Positions 25,650-36,991 of a DNA stretch of 64,000 nucleotides are shown in pieces. The stretch is from Euprymna scolopes (lineage: Eukaryota). The DNA lies in NCBI GenBank assembly GCA_053919585.1, contig CM132824.1; one strand, given 5' to 3'. The position numbers were made by a program, and so were the translations under genes. The notes under the pieces are model-generated. The model had not been told where the DNA came from and did no database searches. It saw only the letters and a list, made by a program, of their open reading frames with translations. Each line of letters begins with the position of its first letter. Within the stretch, counting starts at the first letter, position 1.

Positions 25650-26372
25650 TTTTTTTTAATTCAATTTTCACCACAAACAAGGCAAGTGCCACATTTAAGT
25701 AGGGGGCTACTATAGGGGACATAATTTGCTGGGGGCATTATGAAGGGAGATGTGTAGAAGGATGTTTGTTCGCATTACTCTTGAACTTCTGCATATCAGT
25801 ACGGTTGGGAAAGCGGAATCCCGGAAGGGAGTTCCAAAGACTTTCAGTTCTGGGGAAGAAACTATTGGAGTAAACGGCTTTCTTACACCTAGGGTTTCTA
25901 CTGTAAACGGGTGGGATCTCGTTGTTGTCGGGTTTGTTGGAGGTAGTAACGTCGAGAAGGTACAAGTGCTTGCAGTTCGTCAGATCGTTCACCATTAAAG
26001 TATTTGTAGAACAGGCATAGGGATGCAATATGTCGTCGATGGGACAGAGTTTGAAGCCTAGATGACAGTTCAGAACCTATCAGGTTGGCGACTCTCTTTT
26101 GAACCTTGTCCAGGAGTGAGAGACAAGCAGTAGATGCACCAGCCCAAATGTGACAACAATACTCCATACATGGGCGAATGCTCGCCTTATAGAGGTACAG
26201 GATACTTTCTAGCGTAAGTAATTTTCTGCACGGTAGAGAGATCCCACCTTCTTTGCAGAAGCCGTGGCAATGATCTCAGTGTATATATTCCAGTTCATGT
26301 CCCCTGTAAACGTTAGGCCGAGGAGTTTAAATTAAATACTTTCAGGCAATGTATTCTTGGCTATTGCTATTG
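25650..26372 (-). pseudogene. 5'-truncated copy of CR1-like subfamily 1 with 3' UTR and A-tail
   Basis: Encodes MEYCCHIWAGAS...LLDKVQKRVANLIG and YSNSFFPRTESLWNSLPG. The 3' UTR matches 35500-35554 and ends GCCTTGTTTGTGGTGAAAATTGAATTAAAAAAAA. Confidence 0.9.
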
Positions 26373-26579
26373 ATGTGGATTTTTTTCCAACGTTTTAGAT
26401 TTTATTAAAAATAAAATAAAATGCATTGCTTGTCATACACCATTACCATCTCCTAACTGTTTGGTAATATGCATTTAAAGTTGTGAAACATGCAGTTGCA
26501 TTTCGATTAGGTCTTCTTAATAGAGGACGGCATATGAAATCTTTCTATAATTTTTTTGGAGTCAAATGATTAGTAAGTT

Positions 26580-26990
26580 GGGCTATGACAACAGCACATT
26601 CTTTTCATTGTGTTAAATTCCGAGTATACATCCGACGCAGTTAGACAGTTAATCAACCGAGAACCACATCACTCTATATAAAAAGCATATGATATCAACG
26701 GATACACACTTGAGAGTCAAAACAATGAAAATAATGAGCTGTATTTCTAGCCCTGTTAATAATTTATTATTTGGTCATGGAAAAAACTGTGATAGATTCT
26801 TTAAAGGTTGATTAAACGATTTCCGTACTCGTAAAAAGTTTTATGGTTTCATTATTACAATCAGCGTGCATCCGTTGATATCATATGTTTTGTTATATAG
26901 TTATGTGGTTCTCGGTTGATTAATTGTGTCTAACTGTATCGGGTGTATACTCGAGAGTCAAAACAATAAAAGGATGAGCTGAAACGGAAA
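26580..26990. mobile_element. Two inverted copies of the same MITE-like family forming a foldback
   Basis: The first copy is GGGCTATGA(26580)...CTAGCCC(26753). 26620-26705 is the near reverse complement of 26868-26953. Confidence 0.7.
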
Positions 26991-27393
26991 GACAAAAATA
27001 GTGTCTTTTGAATAATACCCTAAAACAAATTGTCTTCTTTATTACTTTTCTTCTCGCGCGCAATTTGCTAAAGCCATTTTCTTTAAAAAAAGAATTTAAA
27101 AAAAATAAAAATGGACTCATTATGCCATCTACAACATATTAATCTCCGCAATGTATAGATGTTTTCTCTTTAAAGAGCTTCGCAATATCGCGATTACAGC
27201 GTGGGTTTATTATCATTTATTTGCCATAGAAGAATCTAAACCTCATTACAAGGAATAATTATGTAGAATTTCAAGTAAAAAAAATAATGTTTTTAAAGCT
27301 AACATACCGTTTTGTTATGAATAAATAATAATATGAAAATGACATTAATTATAACCAACTGGGTATTTCATGGAGTGGGGGGGATATGAAATA

Positions 27394-27978
27394 CTAGCAA
27401 CCCGACTGCCGTTGCTCGATCGTAAAATACGCATAAATATTATATTTTCATGCAATGGAAAATTCTTTTTTTATTATATTTATTAGAATTTTTCATTGCA
27501 TTCCGAACTATTAAACGTAACGTTAAATTCTTCAAAAAATAAAGTAAACCAAATCGAAAAGAAACTGAGGTATAAGCGTGCGAATATTATGTTTTTTAAG
27601 CAGTTCGCATATTGGACTTAACAAAGAAAAATACTCGAGTTGAGATTGAAATCAAAACATACATACAGCGAATCAAGTCCGATAAGCACTAGGTTAGCCT
27701 GACACCATCATTTAAAATGCTTACAAAACTTACTCATTCTTAACATAAAGAATCTGTGATGTGAACAATTTGCGCATGCACAGTCGTGAAACAGTTTTCG
27801 AATCGATACAAATCCGACTACCCCACGTATTAATACGTCCATTTTGAACCCATAAGCATCCCTTTTTAGTATAAAATCCGTTAAACTCTTTTTTCACACA
27901 TCTGAATACCCTATATATAAAATTACAAGATTACAGATAAAAAATTCGCACACACACATGCTCACTTTTATATATAGA
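27394..27978 (-). mobile_element. Non-autonomous Helitron, family N2
   Basis: The minus strand starts A|TCTATATATAAAAGTGAGCATGTGTGTG and ends GCAACGGCAGTCGGGTTGCTAG|T. Confidence 0.75.
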
Positions 27979-28249
27979 TAGGTAACATCTTATGAGTATC
28001 TTAGAGTTCAAAAGCTGGATTTTTTACTTTTTTTAACATCATACGTATAATTTACTCTCTGTTTCTTGTGAAAATCATTTAAGTAAGAATAACAGTATTT
28101 ATAAAATTATTAAAAAGTCACATACCCAAAGAAAGCAATTAGAATTGTAAAGGAATATTTTCATTTTGTATTTCAAAGAATGAATTAAATATCGGAAAGG
28201 TATGTTATTTTGTGAATAATGCGCCACAACAAATTCTGTTCTTTATTAC

Positions 28250-28814
28250 AAGTCCGCTGAAAAAATGGTATTGGCCTTTTACTGTTCGAGTAGATATCTC
28301 ACTCCTATATAAAGTCAGGTACGTCCAATGATGGAGTATTTTCCACATCTGGGTAGGAGCTGCTACACCCCGTTTATCATGCCTTGACAGAGTTCCAAAT
28401 AGACTTCGTAGCGTAGTGGGTGATGCCCTTTTCTCTTCCCTACAGCCCCCTTCCTAGAGAAGAGGTGTTGCGTGCCTTTCTCTGCTTTATCCTTATTTTC
28501 ATGACAGGTGTTCGTATGCCCGAAAAAAACTCGTCTATCCAAAACCAGTATCAATAATTTTCCCCACACTTTATCTGTGCCTAAACCTATAAGTACATTC
28601 CATAAAAAAAATTCTCTTTCTTACAACTGCACGCCTCTTTTCCGTTTGCTTGCTTTCCAGCTGACTGCAATCTTATATTGTCTTTAAGTCTAACCTAAAC
28701 AAGTTCTTCATGAATCGTCCCCTTATGTAATCTAATGTACAAACTTTCCACTAAGTACGTTTTATCCTCGAGTGACTTCCGGGCCTTGATAGGCCGAGAC
28801 TTCTATGTAAAAAA
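28250..28814 (+). pseudogene. Short 5'-truncated CR1-like LINE, subfamily 2
   Basis: Matches 2960-3590 (CCTATATAAAGTCAGGTACGT, TTTATCTGTGCCTAAA). It ends TTATCCTCGAGTG...GGGCCTTGATAGG...TGTAAAAAA. Confidence 0.8.
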
Positions 28815-29299
28815 TATTTTCATTAAATGTAATATATTTTATCACATTTCTGAATATTTTAGATGCCCATTTATATTTTGGAATTTTTTCTATGGACATT
28901 GATATTTGGAATTTTTTTAGAATTATATCAACTACAGTAGACATATTAAATATTCAGTAAAAAAACGTTTATTCATGTTACACCTCTTGTTCGCTTAAAA
29001 AAATTGTCGAGTTCGGGAAGATGCACCTTTAGATGGTCGAGGATTGCGTCGCTCAGAACATTGTGCGAAAAATAATCAAAGCTGCACCGTTACGAGGATA
29101 AAGAGCCAGAAACTTCAAACATGATAAGCGGCTGAACGACTGCGACAGTCGTAAAGTCAACCGAACATAAAATGTGACCCAAACGCCTACATCTACAGGA
29201 CTACACTAGAACAATACTCTCGATTTGGCAAGATAATGTACCAAACATTTTAGTCAATACGACGCGGTACAGTCTCGAAACCAAACGAAGATTCTACCA

Positions 29300-29860
29300 C
29301 ACGGAATTGGAAAGTACGAGTCATCGGTATCAAGCTGCAATATTATTTTGGGGGTGGCTACTACACAGCGATACATGATGGAGTATGCAAGTACCTTCGC
29401 TGGACCATCTGTAAAAAATAAACCTCCAGTGTAGCAGCAATTCCTGAAAACATTAACCTGAAAGAACAATTGGGAGTGACTTATATTACTATATATTACG
29501 ACCATATAATCCGTATAACCACCTACCTACAAAATACTGCTATAAAACCCGACATAGTTATATAGAATAATTCAGAGAGAGTGGCAGCCTTGGTAGAAGA
29601 GAGTGACACTAATTGTAGAGGTTTGAACATAGCTGAAAGAGAGATACATTCACAATATTAAGGTCTCATGTATGATATGTAAAGAAACTAGAATCTTGGT
29701 GATATATCAATTAGACAAGTTATTAGAGGTGCCACATGGCTTATAAAGAAGAACCTGAAGTACTACCTAACTAATATTCCTGGTGAAATGAGTGCAAAAG
29801 AGGTCCAGACAATTTCACTTAAGGGAACAAGGAGGGATATAAAAAGAGCTCTGGGTTGGT
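29300..29860 (+). pseudogene. Decayed R4-like RLE LINE 3' fragment (second family)
   Basis: Translates to YYTAIHDGVCKYLRWTIC...KPDIVI...GAT..IKKNL..YL..IPG...EVQ...LKGT..DIKRALG, with stops. Confidence 0.65.
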
Positions 29861-30144
29861 TTCAATAAGAAACAAGGCAATGTTGGCAGCTGGTGTCACT
29901 GCTGCATCCCCAACGTAACAATGTCCAATAGAAGAAAAAAAAAAAAAAACACCATTCTCTCGACACAATCCGGCACGTTCCCGAACAATTCCGTGTATGT
30001 GAACCGATACGATCACGACCAACTCCTTCGATACGACTCAATACTTTGCGAAAAGTTTCGTCGAAACGATCCGGCTCGATCCCGAACAATTATGCCGACA
30101 CCACCTGAGGCGACTCCGATCAGAAGCACTGACAAGACCTGCTA

Positions 30145-30325
30145 TAATGTGAAGAATTACGTCGATATGCCAGGACACACAATAAGAGAAACCTCACGAG
30201 AGCAAAATATGAAACAATGTCAGATTATAATGTAGGTGTATATCCTGCACGCGGAATACCAGCATTCTGGATTACAGTAAGAAAAAATAAAATTGCATTA
30301 TTCTAAGGGCAAATTTTCATTGACT
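30145..30325 (+). repeat. Dispersed unclassified repeat (second copy at ~39385-39560)
   Basis: Both copies share GAAGAATTACGT.GATATG, CACGAGAGCAAAATATGA, ATTCTGGATT and AAAATTGCATTA. Confidence 0.8.
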
Positions 30326-30907
30326 AGGGAAAAAATAATTTAGTTGAGATACTCGTGTGATCTTAGCCCAACAACTAGCTCAAGGCAGACTGAATGACTT
30401 TGGCCTCGCTTTTTTCTAGTGATTGGTGAATCTCATCTTCGCCGTACATGGGCTCGATTAAGAATTACACACAATTATCGCACGATCCGGCGTCTGCAAT
30501 TCACAAAGCCAGAATAATCTTAATAATAAAGTTTTTAATATTTTACTGCATATATGAACCAAATCGCAAAATTAAATAATTATTTGCGTATTACTTTAAG
30601 ATACTGCAATTTATCTATTTTCTATTTTTTTCGTTACTTTATTTAATCAAGTGGTTGTTCTGATATTTACACAGTATTTTTCATAAACCAAGATTAAACA
30701 GTTGCCTTCAATGTTATTTCTTGCTTCGTTTTTAACGAACTTGTGTTCAACAACTGGCGATTTATTCCGCAATTGTCAGAAATGTCGCTTTACGAAAAAC
30801 TTCATCATCGAACGATACAAATATATGTTTTTATTTCATACTTAACAGCGTTGCGATGTAATTAACAAATGGTGTATATGTGAAGGTATATATATATATT
30901 GTAAGTC

Positions 30908-31117
30908 ATAAAATATATATGGCGATTAAGCTACACAGAATATCCCGCGTTTCATCCACTCACGGATTCTTCAGGCTTAAAGCCTTAAAGCATGAAGAAT
31001 CCTACAGTAGATGAAACACGGAATATTCTACGTAGCTTAATCGCCATATATATTTTATAATCTATTAACTACCTACGTATTGAGCACTGTTGAAGTAAAT
31101 ACTTTAAGTTTACGCAT
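30908..31117. repeat. Head-to-head inverted pLTR-like pair with hammerhead-like cores (family B)
   Basis: Arms of ~70 bp. The minus core is CTGAAGA ATCC-GTGAGT-GGAT GAAACGCGG at 30945-30974. The right arm extends to AAGTTTACGCAT, as at 45760. Confidence 0.85.
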
Positions 31118-31789
31118 CTGTAGTTGAATCGCTAACTTCCAGCCCCTAATCCCTCACATGCAAACTGTTTTAATAACCATCACTAAACATCTATACATTT
31201 CTACCTCTAAGGCATGCATTACAGCTCATTCCTATCCAGTAAGGGACTTAACAGCCTATGCACACAAAGGCAGGTACTTAACAGCCAAAGTACCCAGAAA
31301 CAAAGCGATATGCACTACACAACTGTCTCGAGTTTTGCAACGATTAATTACGATATTGAAACGACACTCCTTGTTATGCAAAACGCCCCATGACTCTTAC
31401 TAAAAAATACCTACAACTCCAACTCTATTCGCACCTACTGAAAACCTGCCCATATATATCTATTCACCTAATTACGCATGACTCAATACTTGCTGTCTTA
31501 TCCATGCTATATTGCACTTACATCTTAACCCTCCTATCATCTAAAATAGCTCGGGCACAACTCGTAGCTCAATTCTTAATACCTACTCATACTGTAACAC
31601 TATACTAGACCTAAGCTAACATTAATAAAATAAAAAAAAAGGGTACGACTAAAATCACATTATCTCCTCCCTAACAAGCCCTCTTACAAACATAGACGCT
31701 TACACTGCATGAACTTCACCCACCCCCTTTATCCATTAACAAGTAAATAGCATGTCCCTAAATCACTTTGAGGAGTGTAACTAATCAGT

Positions 31790-34700
31790 AGATATAATCC
31801 CCAACAAACTAACCCAGTAACACTAACAACGCGGGGTCGCAGAAATACCTGGATTAGAACCTAGGCGCGGAGAAAACCCTCTCAGGGCTGACGGACCCAG
31901 TAGATCTTCCCAGATCATCCGTCTAGGAGAAGGAAAACTCTGAAACTAAACCAAAGGGGAGAGAGGCCTCTTCAGTCTTGGATGACAACCTTCCTAGAGC
32001 TGGTGACTCAAACAAATTCACCGGTTTGCAAACCTAAATTGCTTAAGGAGTAGATAGGCTCTGTCTATCGCCCGGCTTCCATACTCCTTCTTTGCCTATT
32101 AGTCAAGCGCAGAGACACTATCTCAGTGATTCGACAGAAACACCCAGCGGTAGATCTTGTTTCCTGGCTAGGGCAATGAACGCCGTTCTTCCCCATTCCC
32201 AGCATGCCCCACCCCTAAAACTGAACATTTGGGAGTGCTTGAGTATAAGATATGCCTGAGCAGTTAGATTGGGTTGACCTTCTCCTAAAGGGTTGAGGGT
32301 ACCGGATTGACAGTTCCTGGCTGCTGTTCCCGACTGGTAGTACAGGAGCCCTAACTCTTTGGTAGCGCTTAGAGCGGCTGCTCCATCAACAGTTGAATAA
32401 TATCGGGTTGTTTGCAGTGCCATGACGCGCATGGAAAGGGACCCTGCACTCATCCCCGGTGGGCTTTCCTGAGGCCACAATCCTAATTGGAGAAAGGTCA
32501 GCTGATGGTCTACTTGTGATGCATGTCTGAAGCTCCGCATAACCTCTTGCTTAGCTCCCCCTTACCGAAACTCTTAAAAAAAAATATGACGACAGTACAA
32601 TCTAAAAATAAGCTTAAACCAGGATTAGGGACAAACAAATTCAACTTGCCTCCTCCCTTGAGGCTCTCATTCACAAATATCCGTGGGCTTAGAACTAACT
32701 TAGCTGATGTTGAAGCATTTCTCTTAACAAATACCCCGGATATCTTAGCACTAAGTGAGACTAACCTACACTCCTCCATTCCCTCTAACCACTTTAACAT
32801 GCCTGGATATCTCCCACTCTGCCGTAAGGACTCTGACAGACATATGCACGGACTTGGAGTTTACATTCGTAATACCCTTCCCTTGACTAGAGAAACAAAC
32901 CTAGAAACAGATGATCAAGCCTTTATGTGCTTTAGACTAAACGTGCAACACAGTATTAGCTACTATTATTTTCTCTACCGCTCTCCCTCGACTCAGGACT
33001 GCTCCATAATAAACAAAGTATCTGACAGCATAGACACGGCACTGTCCCTCGACACTAGCGCACAAATACATGTGTTTGGTGACTTTAATGTCCACCACAA
33101 AAACTGGCTTGGATTCTCTGCTCACACAGATGCAGCGGGCAGCACAACCCATAGCTTCGCTATATCTCACTCCCTATCACAAATTGTTACGTTTCCAACC
33201 CGTTTCCCTGACCAGGAGGAACAACACGCATCACTTCTAGATCTGTTTTTGACCACAGTTCCCGATGACTGCATAGCGAAGGCCCACAGCCCACTCGGGA
33301 ACGCTGATCATGCAGTGATAATGGTTGAAATCGCCCTAAACTCTAGACCCAAAACTGAAGAGCCAGTGCTCAAAACAACGAGATATTATAATAAGGCTGA
33401 CTGGGAAGCCATCAGGGAACTAATTAGAGATGCTCCATGGAAAAATATTTTCTCTCTCCCTGCTGAACAGTGTGCAAACGAGACCACTGACTGGTTCAAA
33501 ACTGCAATCGAAGCGCATGTTCCCATGCGGAAATTTTATAGTAAGCCCCACTCTCCCCAATGGTTTACGTCGACTTGTGCAACTGCCATTACTCAAAAGC
33601 AGCATGCATACCGTAGGTTTAACCGACATAAGTCCAGTTCAAACAGACTGAAGTATATAGAAGCTAGAAATAACGTTAAGAAAGAAATAGCGACAGCTAA
33701 GAGAGAATTTACGGAAACCACTAAAAAGCGCATCGAAGCACAAAAACTAGGAACTCGAGACTTCTGGAAAATCTACAACAGTGTAGTAAATAATGGGCAA
33801 TCGACAATTCCCCCACTAACCAACAATCACGAGGTTGTCTCCTCAGCAACCGACAAGGCTAACATGCTTGCCAGTCGGTTTGCCTCAAACTCCACACTGG
33901 ACCCTTCCAACCACCCCCTACCTGACTTTCCTATGCGGACAGACGCCACACTAGACGATCTGAAAACCACCCCTGCTCAGGTGCATGCTATCATAAAAAA
34001 CCTTGACACCTCAAAAGCATGTGGACCCGATCTTATCCCAGCTGTGCTATTAAAAAAGTGCTCAGCCGAAGTAGCTCCAGTTCTCTCCAAACTCTACAAC
34101 AAATGTCTTAATGAAGCTTGCTTTCCGGGCTGTTGGAAAACTGCTTCTGTTGTACCAGTATTCAAGAATTCTGGTGAAAGGACAGACCCATCAAATTATC
34201 GCCCCATTAGCCTCCTTCCACTTTTTGCCAAAATATTTGAGACCATAATTAACCACGCTCTAATCCATCATCTTACAGATGCTAAACTACTGACTGACAA
34301 ACAATATGGATTTAGACAAGCCCGTTCCACAGCAGACATCCTCACCGTGATCTCTGAACGTATATACCAATCACTGGACAAAGCGGGGGAAGGCAGAGCG
34401 GTAGCTCTAGATATATCTAAGGCTTTTGACAGGGTATGGCATGAGGGTCTCCTCAGTAAAATCAGATCATACGGTATCACTGGTAGAATACTTAACATAA
34501 TTAAATCCTTCTTAGATAAGAGAAAAATCCAGGTAGTCCTCGACGGTCGCACATCTAAACAATATGATATAAATGCGGGAGTGCCCCAGGGTTCTATCCT
34601 TGGACCTCTATTGTTCCTGATATTCATAAATGACCTCCCCGACAACATTGCCTCTGAGATGGGTATATATGCTGATGACACTACACTCTATGGCAGACAC

Positions 34701-35554
34701 GACAGGAAGACGAATGAACACATTTCTAAAGAAATGGCAGAAACACTAGAGGAAGACCTCCAATCTGTAGTGGAATGGGGACAAAAGTGGTTGGTCGCGT
34801 TCAATGCTGCCAAGACTAAACTAGTTTCATTCAATAATTACAAGAAACCCTCTCTACCACCAATAGCAATGGCCAACGACTCTTTATCTGAGAGTCCATC
34901 TTTCAAACTCCTTGGCCTAACGTTCACAGGAAACATGAGTTGGAACAATTACATTGAAGGCATTGCCAGGGCCGCTGCAAGAAAGGTGGGCTCTCTCTAC
35001 CGTGCTAGAAAACTACTAACACCCGAAAGTATCCTGTACCTCTATAAGGCCACCATTCGCCCATGTATGGAGTATTGCTGCCACATCTGGGCTGGTGCAT
35101 CTGCTACTAGTCTCTCGCTCCTTGACAAGGTTCAAAAGAGAGTCGCAAATCTGATAGGCCCTGAACTGGCATCTAAGCTTCAGCCTCTGTCCCATCGACG
35201 AAATGTTGCATCCCTCTGCCTGTTCTACAAGTATTTTAGTGGTGAATGCTCTGATGAACTGCAATCACTTGTGCCCCCACGACGCGAGCACCCTCGACAA
35301 ACCCGACAGGCTACTAGATCCCACCCCCACACTGTAGAGGTCCCTAGATGTAAAAGATCTTTTTACTCCAATAGTTTCTTCCCCAGAACCGCAAGACTCT
35401 GGAATTCCATTCCAGGTCCCTGCTTCCCCAACAGTACTGACGTGCAGAAGTTCAAGTGTAACGTGAACCGACACCTTGCTGCCCAAATCCCTACATAGTA
35501 CCCCAGTAGTTGTTGCCCCTGATAGTAGCCCCCTACACCAAAGTGGCAATTTGC
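31790..35554 (+). mobile_element. Full-length or near full-length CR1-like LINE (subfamily 1), with GC-richer structured 5' leader and short 3' UTR
   Basis: The 3' UTR (TAGTAGCCCCCTAC...GTGGCA) is shared with the copies at 25650 and 46000, and the tail is hidden by an N gap at 35555. The 5' boundary is uncertain and may extend to ~31130. Confidence 0.7.
32523..35498 (+). CDS. Intact non-LTR retrotransposon polyprotein: AP-endonuclease plus reverse transcriptase (CR1 group, Zenon-like)
   Basis: 991-aa uninterrupted ORF. APE motifs are TNIRGL, LSET, YRSPS, GDFN, LDLFLT and DH. RT motifs are NYRPISLL, QYGFR, LDISKAFDRV, GVPQGSILGPLLF and YADD. The C-terminus has RPCMEYCCHIW and SFFPRTARLWN, typical of CR1-like elements. 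The clade call is from motif memory. Confidence 0.93.
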   Translation: MSEAPHNLLLSSPLPKLLKKNMTTVQSKNKLKPGLGTNKFNLPPPLRLSFTNIRGLRTNLADVEAFLLTNTPDILALSETNLHSSIPSNHFNMPGYLPLCRKDSDRHMHGLGVYIRNTLPLTRETNLETDDQAFMCFRLNVQHSISYYYFLYRSPSTQDCSIINKVSDSIDTALSLDTSAQIHVFGDFNVHHKNWLGFSAHTDAAGSTTHSFAISHSLSQIVTFPTRFPDQEEQHASLLDLFLTTVPDDCIAKAHSPLGNADHAVIMVEIALNSRPKTEEPVLKTTRYYNKADWEAIRELIRDAPWKNIFSLPAEQCANETTDWFKTAIEAHVPMRKFYSKPHSPQWFTSTCATAITQKQHAYRRFNRHKSSSNRLKYIEARNNVKKEIATAKREFTETTKKRIEAQKLGTRDFWKIYNSVVNNGQSTIPPLTNNHEVVSSATDKANMLASRFASNSTLDPSNHPLPDFPMRTDATLDDLKTTPAQVHAIIKNLDTSKACGPDLIPAVLLKKCSAEVAPVLSKLYNKCLNEACFPGCWKTASVVPVFKNSGERTDPSNYRPISLLPLFAKIFETIINHALIHHLTDAKLLTDKQYGFRQARSTADILTVISERIYQSLDKAGEGRAVALDISKAFDRVWHEGLLSKIRSYGITGRILNIIKSFLDKRKIQVVLDGRTSKQYDINAGVPQGSILGPLLFLIFINDLPDNIASEMGIYADDTTLYGRHDRKTNEHISKEMAETLEEDLQSVVEWGQKWLVAFNAAKTKLVSFNNYKKPSLPPIAMANDSLSESPSFKLLGLTFTGNMSWNNYIEGIARAAARKVGSLYRARKLLTPESILYLYKATIRPCMEYCCHIWAGASATSLSLLDKVQKRVANLIGPELASKLQPLSHRRNVASLCLFYKYFSGECSDELQSLVPPRREHPRQTRQATRSHPHTVEVPRCKRSFYSNSFFPRTARLWNSIPGPCFPNSTDVQKFKCNVNRHLAAQIPT

Positions 35555-35744
35555 NNNNNNNNNNNNNNNNNNNNNNNNNNNNNNNNNNNNNNNNNNNNNN
35601 NNNNNNNNNNNNNNNNNNNNNNNNNNNNNNNNNNNNNNNNNNNNNNNNNNNNNNNNNNNNNNNNNNNNNNNNNNNNNNNNNNNNNNNNNNNNNNNNNNNN
35701 NNNNNNNNNTTGCTCAGGCCCTAGTTACTGTTCATAACTTCCCC

Positions 35745-36566
35745 TGTACGTGAATACCCTTTATGTAAGATTTTAAATGTTTAGATCAGAAATTTCGTAG
35801 AGACCTCAGGCGTAAGTTTTTTTTTTTTTTTTTTTTGATTTTTACCCAAATGTTTAACAGTTAACATTTATTATTTCGGTCTTACATCAAAATATTTTTT
35901 TTCCCGTGTCCAAGTTTCCTACATCTAAAATTTCAAGTGTTCAGAACCTAAATTGGCGGAGGAGTTTGATAGAATTTGCAAACGTAAACTCTTTCAACCT
36001 TGACATTTTGGCAGCCAAATATTCGCTCCAAAACCGATTCAAATGCTTGCCTGAATAACCTCTATGTATTAATTTCAAATGTTTAGACGCAGAATTGGCT
36101 GAGTCGTTTGCTAGACACCGCAAAGGTCAAATCTTGGGAACTTTTACCGCTTGAAAGCTCAAATTTTCGATCCAAATCGATTAAAGAGCATGTCCTATCA
36201 CTGAATGTCTGTTATGTAAAATTTCAAACGTTTAGACCAGGAATTGGCTGAGTAAGTTGGTAGAGATCGAAGAGGTCAACCTTTTAAATCGTTTACCCCA
36301 ATTGTGACACCTTTACATTTAATTTTTGGGGCTACTATCAAATTATAAATATTGATACAAATCCAAATAACTTACATTTATAATTTCAAGAGTTTACACT
36401 CAAGATTAGCGGATGAGCTTGGTAGAGTTTTCAAAGGAAAAATAATTAAACTTTGACCTCTTGACAGCAAAATTTCTGGTCAAAATTTCATTCATAAGAT
36501 TCTCCCAAACCTACATACCCCTTATATCAAATCTCAAGTGTCTAGACCGAAATTGCCAGAGTTATT
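35745..36566 (+). repeat. Degenerate tandem array of about six ~150-160-bp units
   Basis: AAATTTCAA.TGTTTAGA...AATTGGC.GA.GAGTT.G.TAGA recurs at about 35770, 35930, 36070, 36220, 36380 and 36530. An inverted monomer lies at ~24805-24881. Confidence 0.7.
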
Positions 36567-36717
36567 NNNNNNNNNNNNNNNNNNNNNNNNNNNNNNNNNN
36601 NNNNNNNNNNNNNNNNNNNNNNNNNNNNNNNNNNNNNNNNNNNNNNNNNNNNNNNNNNNNNNNNNNNNNNNNNNNNNNNNNNNNNNNNNNNNNNNNNNNN
36701 NNNNNNNNNNNNNNNNN

Positions 36718-36870
36718 GTCGCAGCCCACAAGAGCCATGACAGTCAAAGAACCGGAAGCCCAAGACTTGAGGTTCGCCCTCATTTGGGCTCATCAGTTAG
36801 ACAAATGAAGGCGAAGCTTTAGTCTTGGACTTCCGGTTCTTTGACTGTCATGGCTCTTGTGGGCTGCGAC
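36718..36870. repeat. Foldback palindrome, 50-bp arms (49/50 match) around hammerhead family A
   Basis: 36718-36767 is the reverse complement of 36821-36870 with one mismatch. Confidence 0.95.
36758..36802 (-). ncRNA. Type I hammerhead ribozyme-like motif (family A) inside a foldback element
   Basis: Minus strand reads GTCTAA CTGATGA GCCC-AAATGA-GGGC GAAC CTCAA GTC TTGGGC. Helix I has 6 bp (two GU) and helix II has 4 bp. There is one core mismatch (GAAC instead of GAAA). Confidence 0.7.
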
Positions 36871-36920
36871 GTTGTTTGGCTGTGGACTTTGTTATATACA
36901 CTCACTCACATTCTGAAAAT

Positions 36921-36991
<71 letters not shown>

